Below, in pieces: positions 25,730-40,020 of a stretch of 64,000 nucleotides of DNA (positions are counted from its first letter, which is position 1; every line of letters begins with the position of its first letter). The stretch lies in the NCBI GenBank assembly GCA_038087875.1, contig CM075979.1:85498001-85562000 (forward strand). The letters run 5' to 3'. This DNA is from Malacoraja senta. Taxonomy: Eukaryota. The translations under genes were made by a program, and so were the position numbers. Below the pieces are notes generated by a model, which had not been told where the DNA came from, searched no databases, and was given only the letters and a program-made list of their open reading frames with translations.

Positions 25730-28162
25730 TTATATAAGTATGTAAAATCATGAAGGACATGGATGATATGAACGATCATTTCTTTTCAGGGTAAGGGAGT
25801 CTAAAGCCTAGAGGACATAGATTTAAGGTGAGACGCCAAAGATTTAAAGTTCCCAAGGGGCAAGCTTTTACACACAGAGGATGGTAGGTATGTGGATCAA
25901 GCTGATGGAGGAAGTGCTAGACATTGTTGCAATTACAACATTTAAGAGACATTTGGACAGGTGCATGGATAGGAAGGGTTTAGCAGGATCTGGGCCAAAC
26001 ATAGGCAGATGGGATTAGCTCTGGTAGGCAACTTGGTCGGCATGAATGAGTCGGTGATGTATAACACATTGACTTTATATGTGGAAAGCGAAAATATAAT
26101 GAGGAACAAAAGAAAGGCAGGAGCATTAAATAAATTTTAATCTGTTAGAAGAGAAACAAACAGCTTAATAATAGCCAAGAATCAAGAGACAGCAAGGGAG
26201 TTAGTTAACATCAAAGAGAAAATGCTTAAATGAAAATGAAAAGGGGATCAATATCCAATAAAATAACTCAAAGTGGATTTTAAAGAGGTGGTACCAGAGA
26301 AAGTGAATGATTTAATGGTAATCTTCCAAAATGTCCTAGATTCTCCCAGTTCCTGGGACTGGATGGTAGCAAGTGTCACACTATTATTCAAGAAAAGAAG
26401 GATCATGAATACAGGGAATTATAAAACAAAAGATCACGTGAGAATAAATAGACTTTTTCTTGGTTGGAATCCAGCAGTAATCAGAAATCTCTCAATTCTT
26501 TACAATTTATGTGAATCGCCATGTTGAAAATAGAATGAAATGTACGCAGATATCCCGATGATCCAATGTGATCTGTGAGTAGATGCAAGTTATTTGTGAA
26601 AGGTTAATAGGAATATTAAGTAAGTGAATATAAAGTTGGCAGAAATAGTATAATGTAAAAAATATGAAATTATTCAGTTTTGTTAAATGGGATCTCTTAA
26701 ACAGTGAATAACGAGTGAAAAGTTATATTCAGGGTGGGATCTTATACATGGGAAGAAGAGGTTAACATGCAAGTTAAATAAACAAATGGGTGAGCAAATT
26801 TTAAGTTGGCTTTCATGCGAAGGTTTGTGGATGAAAAAGAAAGATTATTTAGTGGTTTGTGAAACCACACCTGGAAAACTGCGCAGGTTTCTTTCCGCCT
26901 TCTAAAGAAATATATACTGACTGAAATTCTAGCACAGAATCACTAGATTGATTCCTGGAATGAGGGAGTTGTGGTACAAGGAGAAAACAAGCATTATTCT
27001 ATAATATTCAAAGAAGAGACTGATGGATAAAGGGAAACGGGGATGTGGGGTCAGGTAGGAAAGGGGACTTATAGGACAGGATCAGCAGTAATAATTTTGA
27101 ATGACAGAATAGGGTCAAGGGATAATATATAGGCCTAGAATTATACAGGTAGAACAGGTAATCAGACCCTTCGGCCTAAAGAAAACAAACAAACGACCAA
27201 GCACATATTTATACTGGTCCAGCACTATTCCTATTTTATTCTCCACATATTCCCATAAATCTCTCTTGACTCTACCATTTACCTACACACTAGGAACAAC
27301 TTACAGTGACCAATTAACCTACCAACTCATACATCTTTCATGAGAGAGGAAAAGGGAACATCAATAGAAAACCCACATAGTCTCAGGCCTGTTGAAAAAT
27401 GGCAGATAGCTTTTAATTCAGGAAAATATGTGTAATGCATTTTTGGAACATTAATGAGGCGAGGACATATGCCACAAATAAAAGGATCTCAGGGATGAAT
27501 GAGGAAAAATAAAATAATGGAGTATAAATCCATAACTCCGTGAAGGTGGCTACACAGGTTGATAACATGTTTAAGAAGACATATTGGCTTTCATTTGTCA
27601 AGGCAGTGAATACAGAAATGGGGAAGTTATGCTCTAACTTTATAGAACCTTGCTGAGACCATAGGATTAGATGTGATAATGCTGGGAAGGTTGCAGAGGA
27701 GATTCACCAGGATGTTGTGTGGAATGGAACAGTACAGTTATAAGGAGAGAATACAGAAGCTGGGTCTGTTCTGCCTGGAGTGCAGGAGTTAAGAGATACA
27801 TGATTGAGGTATATAAAATTATTAGGTGTATAGATAGAGTAAACTGTAGAAACCTTTCCCCTCAATATTAGAGATAGATAAAATTGCTGGACATAGATTT
27901 TAGGTAAAGTGAATGATATTTAGAGCAGGTATGAGGAAGGCCATCTTCACCCAGAGAGTGGCAAGTGCCTGAAATGCCTTGCCTGAGAGAGTGGTTAAAA
28001 CCAGATCATTCAGAGCATTTAAATGTCTTGATGAGCATTGTAATCACTTCGGCATTGAAGGTTATGGACCAAGTGCTGAGGGATGGACAATACAGAAGGG
28101 TGGCGACAAGTCAGTATGGATGAGTTGGGCTGAATAGCCTGTTTCCTGCTTTATGATTCTAT
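25730..28162 (+). mobile_element. Cluster of three decayed CR1 fragments with a V-SINE piece (about 27270-27385, minus)
   Basis: IFQNVLDS..DWMVASVTLLFKK..TGNYK; RLQRRFTRML; FTQRVASA; CR1-type 3' ends at about 26070, 27130 and 28160. Confidence 0.75.
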
Positions 28163-29489
28163 TACTTTAATAACTACAATAAAATAGCTAACCAAGGTAG
28201 CAAACCAATTGCTTGAAATTGACAAATTTCCCAAACAAACAGCAGAAAGGGAAATTGAAGCGAGATGGACAGAAAATGTAAATCGTCACTTCACAGAGGC
28301 CGAATTATGGACCAGCAATAACAAGAAGACTGGCAAGTTTGCAGTCCATAACAAATAGACACATTAAACTGATATAGAAATTTGAGCCATAACAAGCAAC
28401 TGGTTGCAGAGTGTTTAATTCTTCCACAAGCTCTGAATGTTTATGTCGGATCTGGAGAAAAGTATGCACTGTTGCAAATCTTAAGCTGGGTAAGGACACC
28501 TTGGATCCAAACAACTTTTGGCAAATTTCCTTGCTTTTCCACCTCCATAAACTTTGAGTTTGTTATCTTGAATTAGCTCTGTAACAGCAATTTATTAGCA
28601 ATCAAGCTGGTATCCCGGTAGACCAGATGTCAAAGCCTACTCAATATACTGAATATATACTCAATATATACTGAATCACTTCTCTCAACATTTCAGCAAC
28701 ATTTGATGCTGTCAATTATGGCTTAGCCTGCTGTTAAATGCTAATTTACATCACATTTAACTAAGCATGATCAAGAAAGCACTTTAGGATTTTCTAAACA
28801 TGGATGTGAAAGGTGTTGCATAAATCTTTGGCTTTAAAACATTTGCATTGAGAATAATTAATAAAAACAACTTCAGTTCTCTTCTTATCAGTTCACCAAT
28901 TTATGAACAATATTCTAGATAAGATGCAAAGGAGCTCACTACACCAGAAGTTGCTGTAGAATTTCTTCCATTATAATGGTGAACTTTATAGTCTTGTGCA
29001 ACTTCAGACCAATGTTTAAGGGTCAAAGTTAAAGCTAAAACCATGAATAACAATATTATTACCTCTGAAACTAACACCAATTGCGCTGCTTATTTAACTG
29101 CCATATATTTGTCTTCATTTTGGGCATACAGCATGAATTTTGAGGTGTAGTATCTGTGTATGCATGCTAAATTTCTCACCAGTTACTTGAAATTGATATG
29201 GTGTGCAATGATGTGTAATTTTTTTTGGTGATTACTTTTATGAATATTCCAAATAAGGCTTCACTTAACATCCTGGACAGCTTTCCTCTTTCTTGTAATT
29301 GGCTCTTTGTAAGCCAAATTAATGTCACTGAATACATGTTTTAAAAATCCTTTCTAGACTAAAAATAAAAATATGATTTTCCGGCCCCCTTGGTTCCAGA
29401 CTTGTCGGGTTTATCATTTTGCTGGACCAACAGATGTCACATAATAGTAATTGAATAATACACCTCTGGCCCACTAATTACCAGACAAT

Positions 29490-29745
29490 TGACCCATCCT
29501 ATCACCTACCAGAGAGCAGTCCTGAGCTACCAACTACCTCTTTGGAGATTCTTTGGACTATCTTTAATCGGACTTTACTGGTCTTTATCTTGCACTAAAT
29601 GTTATTCCCTTTTATCCTGTAGCTGTACATTGTGGACGGCTTGATTGTAATCATGTATAGGCTTTCTGCTGACTGGATTACATGCCGCAATAAAGCTTTT
29701 CACTGTACCTCGGTACATGTGAGAATAAACTAGATTAAAATAAAT
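29490..29745 (+). mobile_element. LINE 3' terminus (Rex1/Babar-like, family uncertain)
   Basis: Ends AAAGCTTTTCACTGTACCTCGGTACATGTGAGAATAAACT; related copies at 15848 and 38905. Confidence 0.6.
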
Positions 29746-30969
29746 TATACCCCACCCGTGTCTCTAAAGCGGGACTGAAAGAACCTTAAAACTAATATTA
29801 AAATGCAAAGAAACACCACGGTCAACTTGTTTCAACAGTTCTACCTTGTCTTATATCACGCAATGCCATCTGTGGCCACCCAGAGAACTAGTCTCGTGGT
29901 CACAGGAATCTTGTGTGCTCTCGTAATTTGGTCTGAATTAAAGGAGGTGCTGGACTATCAGTTGCCGGAAAATCAATGGTGTGCCTGTATTATAATGGAT
30001 AGCTGAATGCTTGGATATAACAAAATCAGTTTAGGTCCACTCATTATAGGCCACAAATAACACTCACACGTTGAACTATCAAGTGCTGGAGCAGGGGAAA
30101 TAGAGCACTTTCATTACATGTTTGAGGGATATTTATATCTGTTTATAAACAGGCCATTATAATCCGATTCTAAGATATACATTTTGAGGTAACTTTGAAT
30201 GGGTTACACAGGCAGATACCAATGTTTCATGACAAAAAGACCTGTGGAGAATCAAAGTTAAGGGAAGAAATGGTTAACTTGAAATCCTGCTTCATTTACA
30301 ATGTCCCTAGAAGATGAGGATTTTGGCACAATGCAGAGTACTCCAAGTGCAGCCAAGAAAGACAACAACAAAATAAGCCCAATCATGCCAAAACACAGGC
30401 TCTGTAAAGTTTAACTGAATATTTTTCTATTTTCTGGCCAACTGTCTCTCCTCCCTTCCTGAAGGTGTTCATTCTTGCAGGGTTACATTTCAATGGATAT
30501 TGGGAGTCCTCCAGTCGCTCGCTCAAGTGGTCATTATTCATGTATGTGGAGTGGATCAACATAGGCAAGCCTAAACCTGTCCCCAGTAAATCAACTAAAG
30601 TAACAACATAGCTCCATAACTCAGTACGACTCTATAACCAATGATATGTGGAAAAAATTAAATAAGCAGCACAACGAATGAGAAGGATGGTGAACCAAAG
30701 AGAATGAATTACAAGTTAAGGAAAGACTTAACTTGTAAAGCGAGGCAGGGAAGGAAAATTACATTCTAAAATTGACATTTAAAAATCTCCGACGACAAAT
30801 AAATAAATGAGACCAAATGTGTAGTAGTTAATTTTCAGTGCCAAGGATATTACATATATATATAGCAAACATACCACAATCTTGTGCAATTAAAAAGTAA
30901 CCCTAGGACAAATGTTTCCAGCAGTAACTGGGGATTTCAACATGAATAGCAGCCTCACCTGCATAAAAC

Positions 30970-31470
30970 ATACAGCACAGGAACATGCTCTTCGGCCCAT
31001 GACGTCTGTGCTGCAAATTAGATGATGCCAAATTAAAGTAATCCCTTCTGCCTGCAAATGATCTATATCCCTCCCTTGATATGCCTATTTAAAAGACACA
31101 AATCCCACTCGCCCATCTGTTTCCATCATCACCCTGGCAGCAAGTTCCTGGCATCTATGACTGTAGAAAGAGTGATAGCCTCAAATATCTCCTCCAAATT
31201 TTCCACTTGCACTTTGTGTTTTGGCATGACTGGGCTTATGCCCTCTAGTCTTTGACGTTTCCACCCTGGGGAGAATTTTTTTTTGATTGTCTACCTTCTC
31301 TTTGCCTGGTAATTTTATCACCTTCTATCAGGTTTCCATTTCTGCCTCTGATGTCCAGAGGAATCAATCCATGTTTGTCCAACTTCTCCTCATAGCTAAT
31401 GCTCTCTAATCCAGACAGCATAGTGGTAAATCTCTTTTGAACATTTTCCAAAGCCTCCACGCTATTTCTG
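30970..31470 (-). mobile_element. Decayed CR1 3' part
   Basis: ORF 31245-31493 VEALENVQKRFTTMLSGLESISYEEKLDKHGL. Confidence 0.85.
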
Positions 31471-33843
31471 ATTATATGATTTGCCCAGTCCATATGTAGA
31501 TCGAAGTCCCTATGCTTATTGTATTACCCTTGTTACATTTCACCTTTAATTTCCTTATTTCTACTATACTGCACACTACCGTGATTGTTTGGGACCTACA
31601 CACAATTCAAATCAATGTTGTCTACCCCTTGCTGCGCTTTTTCTGCCCCTTGCAGTTTCTGAGTTCCAGTCAAACTGATTCTATTCCTTGATTTTCTGAG
31701 CTAAGATCTTTCCACTCTTTAGTCTTTAATTTATTTCTCAACAGCACCACCTGCCTGCCCCCTATACCGTTTTCCTCATCTCCCCTAAAGTACCCTGGAA
31801 TATTTAATTAACTTTGCAATCACATCTCTGCACAGACTATTACATCACACATAAGTATTTCCATCTGTCAGTAATTCACTCATCTTGCTATGAATGATGT
31901 ATGCATTCAATTTTTAACTTTTTACATTTTTTTTCCTAACTTTGAATCTAATTGAAGGAATACTCATGTGTTTGAATGCACTGCCCCTTCCTGATAGTCT
32001 CTGGTTATCATTGTCCAATTTGCTTCATAGACACTTCTGAAATTTCCCCTCTCCAGTACTCTCACCTCAGTATTTACAGCCCTTGCTATTCAGTTCACCA
32101 GAATGCTGGCTCCAACTTAATAAAACCTCTTCCTAATATAGTCTTTCCCCAATACTCATGCACTGTACACTGCTCCATGAACTAAAAAGCATTTCTCCCA
32201 AACAAATCTTTGTATCACTTATTCAGTTCTCTGAAGAAGCCAATTTGCATCTTGCCTAGATAATAATCAATAGAATTTGGCCGGTGAGGTTCTGCATTTT
32301 AATTTGGACCCCAACTGTATTGACAGCTTCAGAATATGCATCTTTGTTCTATCCACATCACTACAGCCCACATGCAGCATGACAAATGGAATATGACAAA
32401 TTGATTTGTTCAGGCCTGGTCCATTCCCCTGTAATTCCAAGACTGTATCCATAGGTCTGGTTCCAGATAGGGAAGGAGGCCTTCAGGAATCACACATGCA
32501 GCTGCAGCGAACAGTGTGCATCACCCTACCTATACCCTCCAACCCACCACTATATTCCTTTTCACTCCCCCAGCATGAATGCACCCTTACACCAAATAGC
32601 TGTGGCTAGATATTCATTCACTCTACAGCTTCTGCTCTTGTTCACTTGGAGCGGTACTTTTGGACAAGTTCAAGGGCTGAAGCTCCTGTTACACCGTCTT
32701 CTCGATCCACATACATGTCTCACTTGTTGTCATATCAATAAATATTTCCTATGCAATAGAATTTATAGCCCACCCAGTCCTGATAGTGCTAGATTACAAC
32801 CATGGCTACTATTTTTATTCTAAATTTACACCTTGGATTTTAATGATGCTAGCAGGTCCATCTTTATTGCCCATCCTCCATTTCCCTGGGAAGGTAGATG
32901 TGGTAGAGATTGTGTATTTTGCAACCATAGTTTCTTAGTAGCAGTTATTACTCATGGGAAGAACAAAAAATTGCGCATTGCCATTTGTGTAATCTAAACT
33001 GTTACTGCTAGAGGGGCAAGTGGGACATTGCTGTCAGATTTTTAAAAACTTTTTATAACAAACTACAAGTTAATGCTGTAGATTTTACGAGCATACTACA
33101 GACAAATTAAATAAAAATCCATTATTATTATTATTATATAATTAATATGCTAATAAGCTTTCCCAATACATGAATAATAATAATAATATACTAGTTTTCT
33201 AGAAAAACCAACATATTGGAATCTTGTAGATAACATTTTCTGGCCTCCTATTAAAAGAGGTACAGACAGTAACTAGAATGCAGGCGAGATAAATCAGATT
33301 CAGTCAGAACAACATTATTATGGAAAAAACATCAATACATATTCTAGATTATTAAGGCTATTTTCCAGCATTCCCAAAGGTCACTACAGCACTATAATCG
33401 AAACAGATAAATCTGCGCAAGTGGACTCTTACAAACAAGACATACAGCCTACTCATAGAAGTAATCTTATTGTACCTTGTGTGGTATTTATTGTAGTTCT
33501 TTATTTGTTAGAGGATTTTTGTGCAACTTAGTTACTCCAAAAGACCAAACATAATTTGTGAAAACATCTTCAAGTGCTGGAAATTTGTATAATATTAAGC
33601 ACCTTTAAACTTTTGCTGAAATTTTAAAAATCTACTTAAACTAATTTAAAAAATAAATACACCAGCATCTTTATCTTGAATTTAAAAAATCTTTATAACA
33701 ATGAAACATTCATTTATCATTTACTGATAATTTTGTTTGGCTCAAAACAAGGGAGCCAGTTTTGATTAAAAGTAATTATTGACATTGATGACTGATCATC
33801 AACTCAGCCTAATCCTAAGCATAAGAATGAGGTCCAGAATAAT

Positions 33844-33881
33844 AGGTACACAAAAATGCTGGAGAAACTCAGCGGGTGCAG
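33844..33881 (-). mobile_element. 38-bp Penelope-derived micro-insert
   Basis: AGGTACACAAAAATGCTGGAGAAACTCAGCGGGTGCAG between perfect CAGAATAAT repeats (33835-33843, 33882-33890). Confidence 0.75.
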
Positions 33882-34430
33882 CAGAATAATGTTCATCTGA
33901 TAGGGATAATAATCCAAATCAAAGATTGTTGATGAATTAATAAATACTTACAAGCAATTTATTGATTTAAATACATCAGAAAGGTGCATTGTGGACCAAA
34001 GTTAATATTTGGATTGATTCAATTTGTATCCTTCAATACTGTTGTAATAGTGAACCACTTAGACGATAACGTTGCCAGTTTCAAGCTGTGCTAATTAATC
34101 TCGGCTGGTTTAGCATTAATGGTGCTACAGGTTAACATATAAACGTAGGCTAACCACTATCCAATGAACTCTAGTTTAAAAAAAAGGTTGCATGTCTCGA
34201 CAAAATAACGACTGAAAATTACTCATTCATGATTGAGTGGCCAGCTGATATGTGATGTATTACTACATATGATCATTTGTGAAGTATGATAGAAATACCT
34301 GTGGCTCCAGACCCGTATCAGACCTCAAATCAGTGCTTTCAGAAATAATTTGATGGCTATTGGGAAGTTTTGCTATGAGCTCTTTAATAAAAGGCAAGCT
34401 TGCTTTTAGATGGTAACTTTAACATTAGGC

Positions 34431-35027
34431 CAGATGTTCCCAACCTTTCTCGTCCCGTTTACCCCTGGCAACTTTAATAGCACATGACAATGTTAGTTCA
34501 CTTATTTATGAACGACTAATGATGAACAGATACCAGAACCAAACAGGGGATCTCATTGAAACATATAAGATTGTTAAGGGTTTGGACACGCTAGAGGCAG
34601 GAAACATGCTCCCGATGTTGGGGAAGTCCAGAACCAGGGGCCAGTTTAAGAATAAGGAGTAAGCCATTTAGAACGGAGACGAGGAAACACTTTTTGTCAC
34701 AGAGAATGGTGAGTCTGTGGAATTCTCTGCCTCAGAGGGCGGTGGAGGCAGGTTCTCTGGATGCTTTCAAGAGAGAGCTAGATAGGGCTCTTAAAAATAG
34801 CAGTCAGGGGATATGGGGAGAAGGCAGGAACGGGGTACTGATTGGGGATGATCAGCCATGATCTCATTGAATGGCAGTGCTGGCTTGAAGGCCTGAATGG
34901 ACACCTATTGTCTATTGTCTAACACAGTCAGTCAAAATATGTACAAATCCAGAATCAACAAATTTACCCCCTGGGTAGGTGAAATTGACCCCCTGGGGGT
35001 AAATTTACCCCAGGTTGGGAACCCTTG
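34431..35027. mobile_element. hAT-like MITE carrying a nested CR1 3' end
   Basis: Ends CAGATGTTCCCAACCT and AGGTTGGGAACCCTTG; repeated subterminal TTTACCCC(C)TGG motifs; no clean 8-bp TSD. Confidence 0.6.
34546..34920 (+). mobile_element. CR1 3' end (young)
   Basis: GDLIETYKIVKGLDTLEAG..FPMLG-like frame; near-identical to 4441-4726. Confidence 0.92.
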
Positions 35028-35202
35028 CGTTCAGGTATCTTAAAGTACTGGTGGTTTTGTGGTTACCATTACTTGATGTCAACCTGGGATAATTCTTATT
35101 GAATTTAAGTTCGGCAGCTGCAATGATGAGAATTTAACATGTGTATCGAGATAAACGCGGCAGGCTGCTGTTTTTCGTAGTTGAATGTTATCTTGATCTA
35201 TA

Positions 35203-35361
35203 ATGTTTCGGGTCGAGACCTTTCCTCAGTCTAAAGAAGGGTCTCGACCCAAAACATCACCCATTCCTTCTCTCCAGAGATGCTGCCTGTCCTGCTGAGT
35301 CACTCCAGCATTATGTGTCTAGCTTCGATTTAAATCAGCATCTGCAGTTCTTTCCTACACA
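35203..35361. mobile_element. Penelope-derived fold-back element (short left arm, full right arm)
   Basis: ATGTTTCGGGTCGAGACC..CTCAG-T-CTAAAGAAGGGTCTCGACCCAAAACAT, ending GCAGTTCTTTCCTACAC. Confidence 0.85.
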
Positions 35362-35362
35362 T

Positions 35363-35850
35363 ATTGAGTATAGAAGTTGGATGGTCATGTTACAGTTCTA
35401 CAAAACATTGGTAAGGTCACATTTAGAGTACTGTGTTCAGTTTTAGTCACCCTGTTATAGGAAAGATGTTGTTAAGATGGACAGGGTGCAAAACAGATTT
35501 ACGAGGATATTGCCAGGATTCAAGAGCTTTTGGGAGACGTTGAGCAAGCTAGTACTTTGTTTCTTGGAGCACAAGGGGGTGAGGTGTACAAGAGGTTGTA
35601 GAGGTGTATAAGATCATGAGAGGAATAGATAGGGTAAATGCACTGAGTCTTTTACTCAGAGTAGGGGAATCGAGAACTAGAGAACATAGGTTTAGGAGAG
35701 GGTGGACAAAAATGCTGGAGAAACTCAGCGGGTGCGGCAGCATCTATGGAGCGAAGGAAATAGGCACCGTTTCGGGCCGAAACCCTTCTTCAGACTTTAG
35801 GAGAGGGTGGATAAATTTAATAGGAACTTGAGGGGCAACATTTTGTCACA
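35363..35850 (+). mobile_element. CR1 3' fragment interrupted by a PLE-derived insert
   Basis: LQFYKTLVRSHLEYCVQF; YKIMRGIDRVN..ESRTREHRF. Confidence 0.85.
35707..35795 (-). mobile_element. Penelope-derived arm (subfamily B) with hammerhead-like core
   Basis: Reverse complement CTGAAGA-AGGGTTTCGGCCC-GAAAC; perfect 16-bp TSD TTTAGGAGAGGGTGGA at 35691-35706 and 35796-35811. Confidence 0.88.
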
Positions 35851-36109
35851 CTTAGTTTTAAATTGTGGTCAACTGAAGGTTTCTGAATACGTCATAAACA
35901 TACAACATTTAATTGGCCTTGTGTTTATTACCGTTTTTTAATGACTCGTGATTATTAAGGATAGAAAAAAATACATTATCTGTACCAGTAAAAAAAAAAG
36001 ATCAAGATAGTAGGAGCCAATAAAACATTGCAAAAGCAGCCATTGTCTGTTTATCCTTTTATGGAACTTTGTCTTTATTTTGCAGCAGGAGGATTATACA
36101 AAATACAAA

Positions 36110-36600
36110 ATTACTTTTTTTCCCAACTGACCATTAGCAGTTGAACATTATCGGCCTGTACCTTCTCACTATCAGCAGCACTTCTGATTTTTCATTCCAT
36201 CTGCATACTTACTCATCATTTCTGCTACATTTTATAACAAACAGTAGTGGTCCCAGCTTCATTTGAAATAGTAAACCATTGGACGCAGGCTTCCACTCAC
36301 TAAAATCAATCCTCGACCATTACCTTCTACCTCCATTATTAAGCCAATTTTGGATCCAAATATTTTGGATTCTAATATTTTGAACCATACTTCCATGTAG
36401 GACCTTGGCAAATACCTGATTGAAGTCGATGTATATTACATCATACGCGCTGCCCTCATCAATACATTTTGTTACCTCTTTGTAAAATTCAATCAAATTG
36501 GTCAGACAGGATTGCCCCCTAACAAAACGTTTGATTAACCCCTGCCTTTCAAAGTGTAGGCTAATCCTGTCCCACAGATTTTTTCCAATAGCTACAGACA
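36110..36600 (-). mobile_element. Decayed CR1 RT fragment
   Basis: Antisense of CLTNLIEFYKEVTKCIDEGSAYDVIYIDFNQVFAKV. Confidence 0.8.
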
Positions 36601-36994
36601 GATCACAGACCTGTAATTACCTGTTTATCCCTGCTCAGGTAATAATGGAGAATTTGAAGTCCCCTGCTGTCATAACCTCTCTCACAACTCTTGCATGTCG
36701 GTATTACCCTGCTGGCATACAATTCATCCGATTTGGACTGTTTCACCATTGCTCTATAAATGGTGTCAATGAAATCGAAACCTCCTGCACCATCCCCTCA
36801 GCCATGCATTCATCCATTATATCCTTCAATTTTGGTATTTGTTAGCACGCAGCACTGGGAGTAATCCTGAGACTGTAAGCTCAAGAATGGTAATGGAATG
36901 TAATCCTAATAAATGTAAGGTAATGCACTTTGCAAGGAATAATAAGGGTATGACACACACCATGAATAATAGGGACTCAGGGGCATCAAATGGA

Positions 36995-37960
36995 GTTAGA
37001 GGGGCTCTGCATCTGTAGAGGGAGATGGATATTCACCATTTCAGTTCATGACCCTATATCTGAGCTGAAAGAGTAGCGGGGAGATAGGCAGTGTAAAGAG
37101 GTGCAGGGTAGGACAAGAATAAGCAAGCAATCAGTGGATACAGATGAGAAGGAGTTGATTGGCAGATGGAGTCAGCAAAAGGGGCCGAGAGGTCAATAGG
37201 TGGAGGCAACAAAGACAGGTGGGGCTGCAGATGATGAAATCTGATAGTAAAGGAAGGTGAGGTATGGATCCAAATGATGGAGGCAGGACAGATGGGAACT
37301 ATAGATTGGAGAAGGGGAGGAGGGCTGATGGGATCCAGCGAGAGGAGTGTGTGGGTGATGGAAAGATGAAATTGGTGGGAGAGGGGAAAGAAATGGGTCT
37401 TGGGGGCTGAGATTGAAAAGGAGAAAGTGCATGTGAAACAACCTAGGGAGACAGAGATCGGGACAGAGGGGAAGCAAGTTACCTGAAATTGGAGAATTCA
37501 ATGTTCATGCCATCAGGTTGTAGACTAGCCAGGTAGAATACGAGGTGTTGTTCCTCTTGTTTGCATCTGGCCTCAATTTGCAGTGAAGGAGGATGGGGAA
37601 AGGTTGGTGTGGGAAAGGTAACTGCAATTAAAATAGCTTGCAGCTGTGAGCACTAGAAGACCATGGTGGGCAGAAAGCAGGTGCTCAGCAAAGTTATCTC
37701 ACTGCTGTAGAAGAGGCCACATCAAGAGCAATGAATGCAATAGACAAAGATGGAGGTGGTGCAAGTGATTCCCTACCTCACTGGGAAGGGTAGTTTAGGC
37801 CCCCAAATGACAGTAAGGGAGGATGTGCGACACTTCCTACAGTTGCAGAGGAAAGTTCCAAGGAAATGGGAGTGATGTGAAAAACCATCAAGGAGAGTGT
37901 GAATCCTGCAGAAGGCAGAATGGAGGAGAAAATAATCAAACCCACATGCATGTTCAGTTT
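36995..37960 (-). mobile_element. Decayed autonomous-type Penelope-like element, 3' part (Zn-knuckle linker, GIY-YIG C-terminus, 3' UTR)
   Basis: GTFLCNCRKCRT..GPKLPFPVR (37773-37870); ARCKQEEQHLVFYLASLQPDGMNIEFSNFR* (37479-37575); CT-rich UTR leading into a decayed family arm. Confidence 0.8.
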
Positions 37961-39485
37961 GTGAAGTACCATATCTAAAATAATGCATAATATGACTTCA
38001 AAATGGGTTCTGTGCAAAGCAGCTTGCCTTTTTTTGTTTAAGATCCACAATTAATTATTTTAACCAACACTGTATCCCCGGGACTGTGCACCCAGCTGGC
38101 AGAGCATCCTGCGAAACATTGTCTTGAAACAAGCAGGTGAAGAGATTACACCCCCTATTAACACAGTTTGTTAATTAACATACAATGCATCCTCTCTGTA
38201 CTCATGAAATTTGCCTTGAAAACTTACTAAACACTGAAACAAAAGCAAATAATGATACTTAAGTAATCATACCTGGAATTATGAATGTATTTTGGACACA
38301 GATGCAATAGAACTATCAAATCAGAGTAAATTGCCCATTTGTGTTCCCTCCTGTAGACAGAAGACAAATTGCAAAATTAGTAAAGAATTTAAATATTTGC
38401 ATAGAGGAGATGATAAAGTTATTTAAACATTTAATTTGTTATTTAGTTCTTCGAGTTTCAGCACTGTCTTTCTGCCCAAACATTTATTTGGCTTCTGTCC
38501 CTTCTTTGCACTTTCTTTTTAGCTGTAACAAGTTGCATGCTACAAAGCCTGTCTGAGGCTATCTCATCAATGTTATTCCTTCCTGTACAGTGCACTGTAC
38601 TTCTGACAAGGCATTGATGCAAGATGCTACATTAAATGACAAGTCCTCCTTTTCACCATAATCTGAAAATAGGGGAAAATGCTGTGAAAACAGAATAACA
38701 CCAGTCACCTCCTCTTAAAAGGAAGTTATGCTCTTGTGAACATACAGTTTTGTTGGAGGAAAGAGTAACTTCTCTGTCTGGGATGGACTAAACCACTGAA
38801 CCACAAAAATATTAGTAGACTAAGCAAATGGGCAAACTGTGGCAATAGATTTTCAATATATACAAATGTAGAATGGAATATTTTCAAAACCAGGAAAAAA
38901 AGCTAGGTTTCAAAGGTTTATTATTGTCACATGTACAAATTAAGGTACAGTGATATGCAAATTACCATATAGCCATACGGAAAAAAAAGCAACACAATAC
39001 AACAAAGCGGAAGGCGATGGTCCAAAGAAAGTGAGGTTCACAGAGACAGATCATTAAACTATTATTGGTAGGTCAAAAGAAAAATCAAAAATGGCCAATG
39101 GAAAGGTAGCCACCACAGTGAAAGGACTCGAGTACAACTGATTACAAGTTATATAACAGTAGTACAAGTTATAATTAAAATCCATTCAGAATCCACGAGC
39201 AGTTATGGGTGGCATATCTAAGGAATGATACACAGGCTTGGAGGAAACAGGATAGATTTCTCAGTAACCAGAGATTGCCCCGAAGGTTGAGATGATCCGA
39301 TTCAAATTTTCAAGAGATGTCTTCATGCCCTTCTACAACATAGACAGCCTTCCTTTGGTGCTCAAAGCATTTCCTCACTTATTTCCCTGTAATCTGCCAT
39401 CTTTCACGTTACCCATAACTCCATGATTCTGGTCCTGCTCACCTCCACTGGAGGTTATTTAAACTAGCCATTAATCTACCAATCA

Positions 39486-39712
39486 ATAGGATAGAAACAA
39501 GGAACTGCAGATGCTGGTTTACACAAAAAGACGCTAAGTGCTCGAGTAATTCAGGGGTTCAGGCAACATCTACGGAAAACATGGATAGATTACGTTTTGG
39601 GTCGGGACGTCTGAAGAAGTATCTCGAACAGAAACATCACTTCTCCCCGTTCTCCAGAGATGCTGCCTGAATCCCTGGGTTACCACAGCACTCTGTGTCC
39701 TTTCGTGTAAAC
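39486..39712. mobile_element. Penelope-derived fold-back palindrome (subfamily C)
   Basis: Inverted arms around CGTCTGAAGAAG; CTACCAATCA repeated at 39476-39485 and 39713-39722. Confidence 0.82.
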
Positions 39713-40020
39713 CTACCAATCACATGCCTTGCGGAAATTTATAATTAGAACAACGTCAGTCAAAAGTAAAGCTAAGAAATTAAACGGTGATAAAAAATTG
39801 GAAGTCTGTTCCAGGTTAGCTGTTGATTTTAAACCTAAGATTGCTTAACAAAATTATAAGGAATAAAAAGAAAAAGGAAAAATTGAGCTAAACTCACTGA
39901 ATGGTAAAACAAATCTCGGGTAAATAGCCTCATCCTGTTCTATCCTGTAACTCGCTTTCTCATTCTGAAATATTTCTCTTGTCGTTCAGGTAATTTTGAA
40001 ACGTTTACTGGAAATTAACG

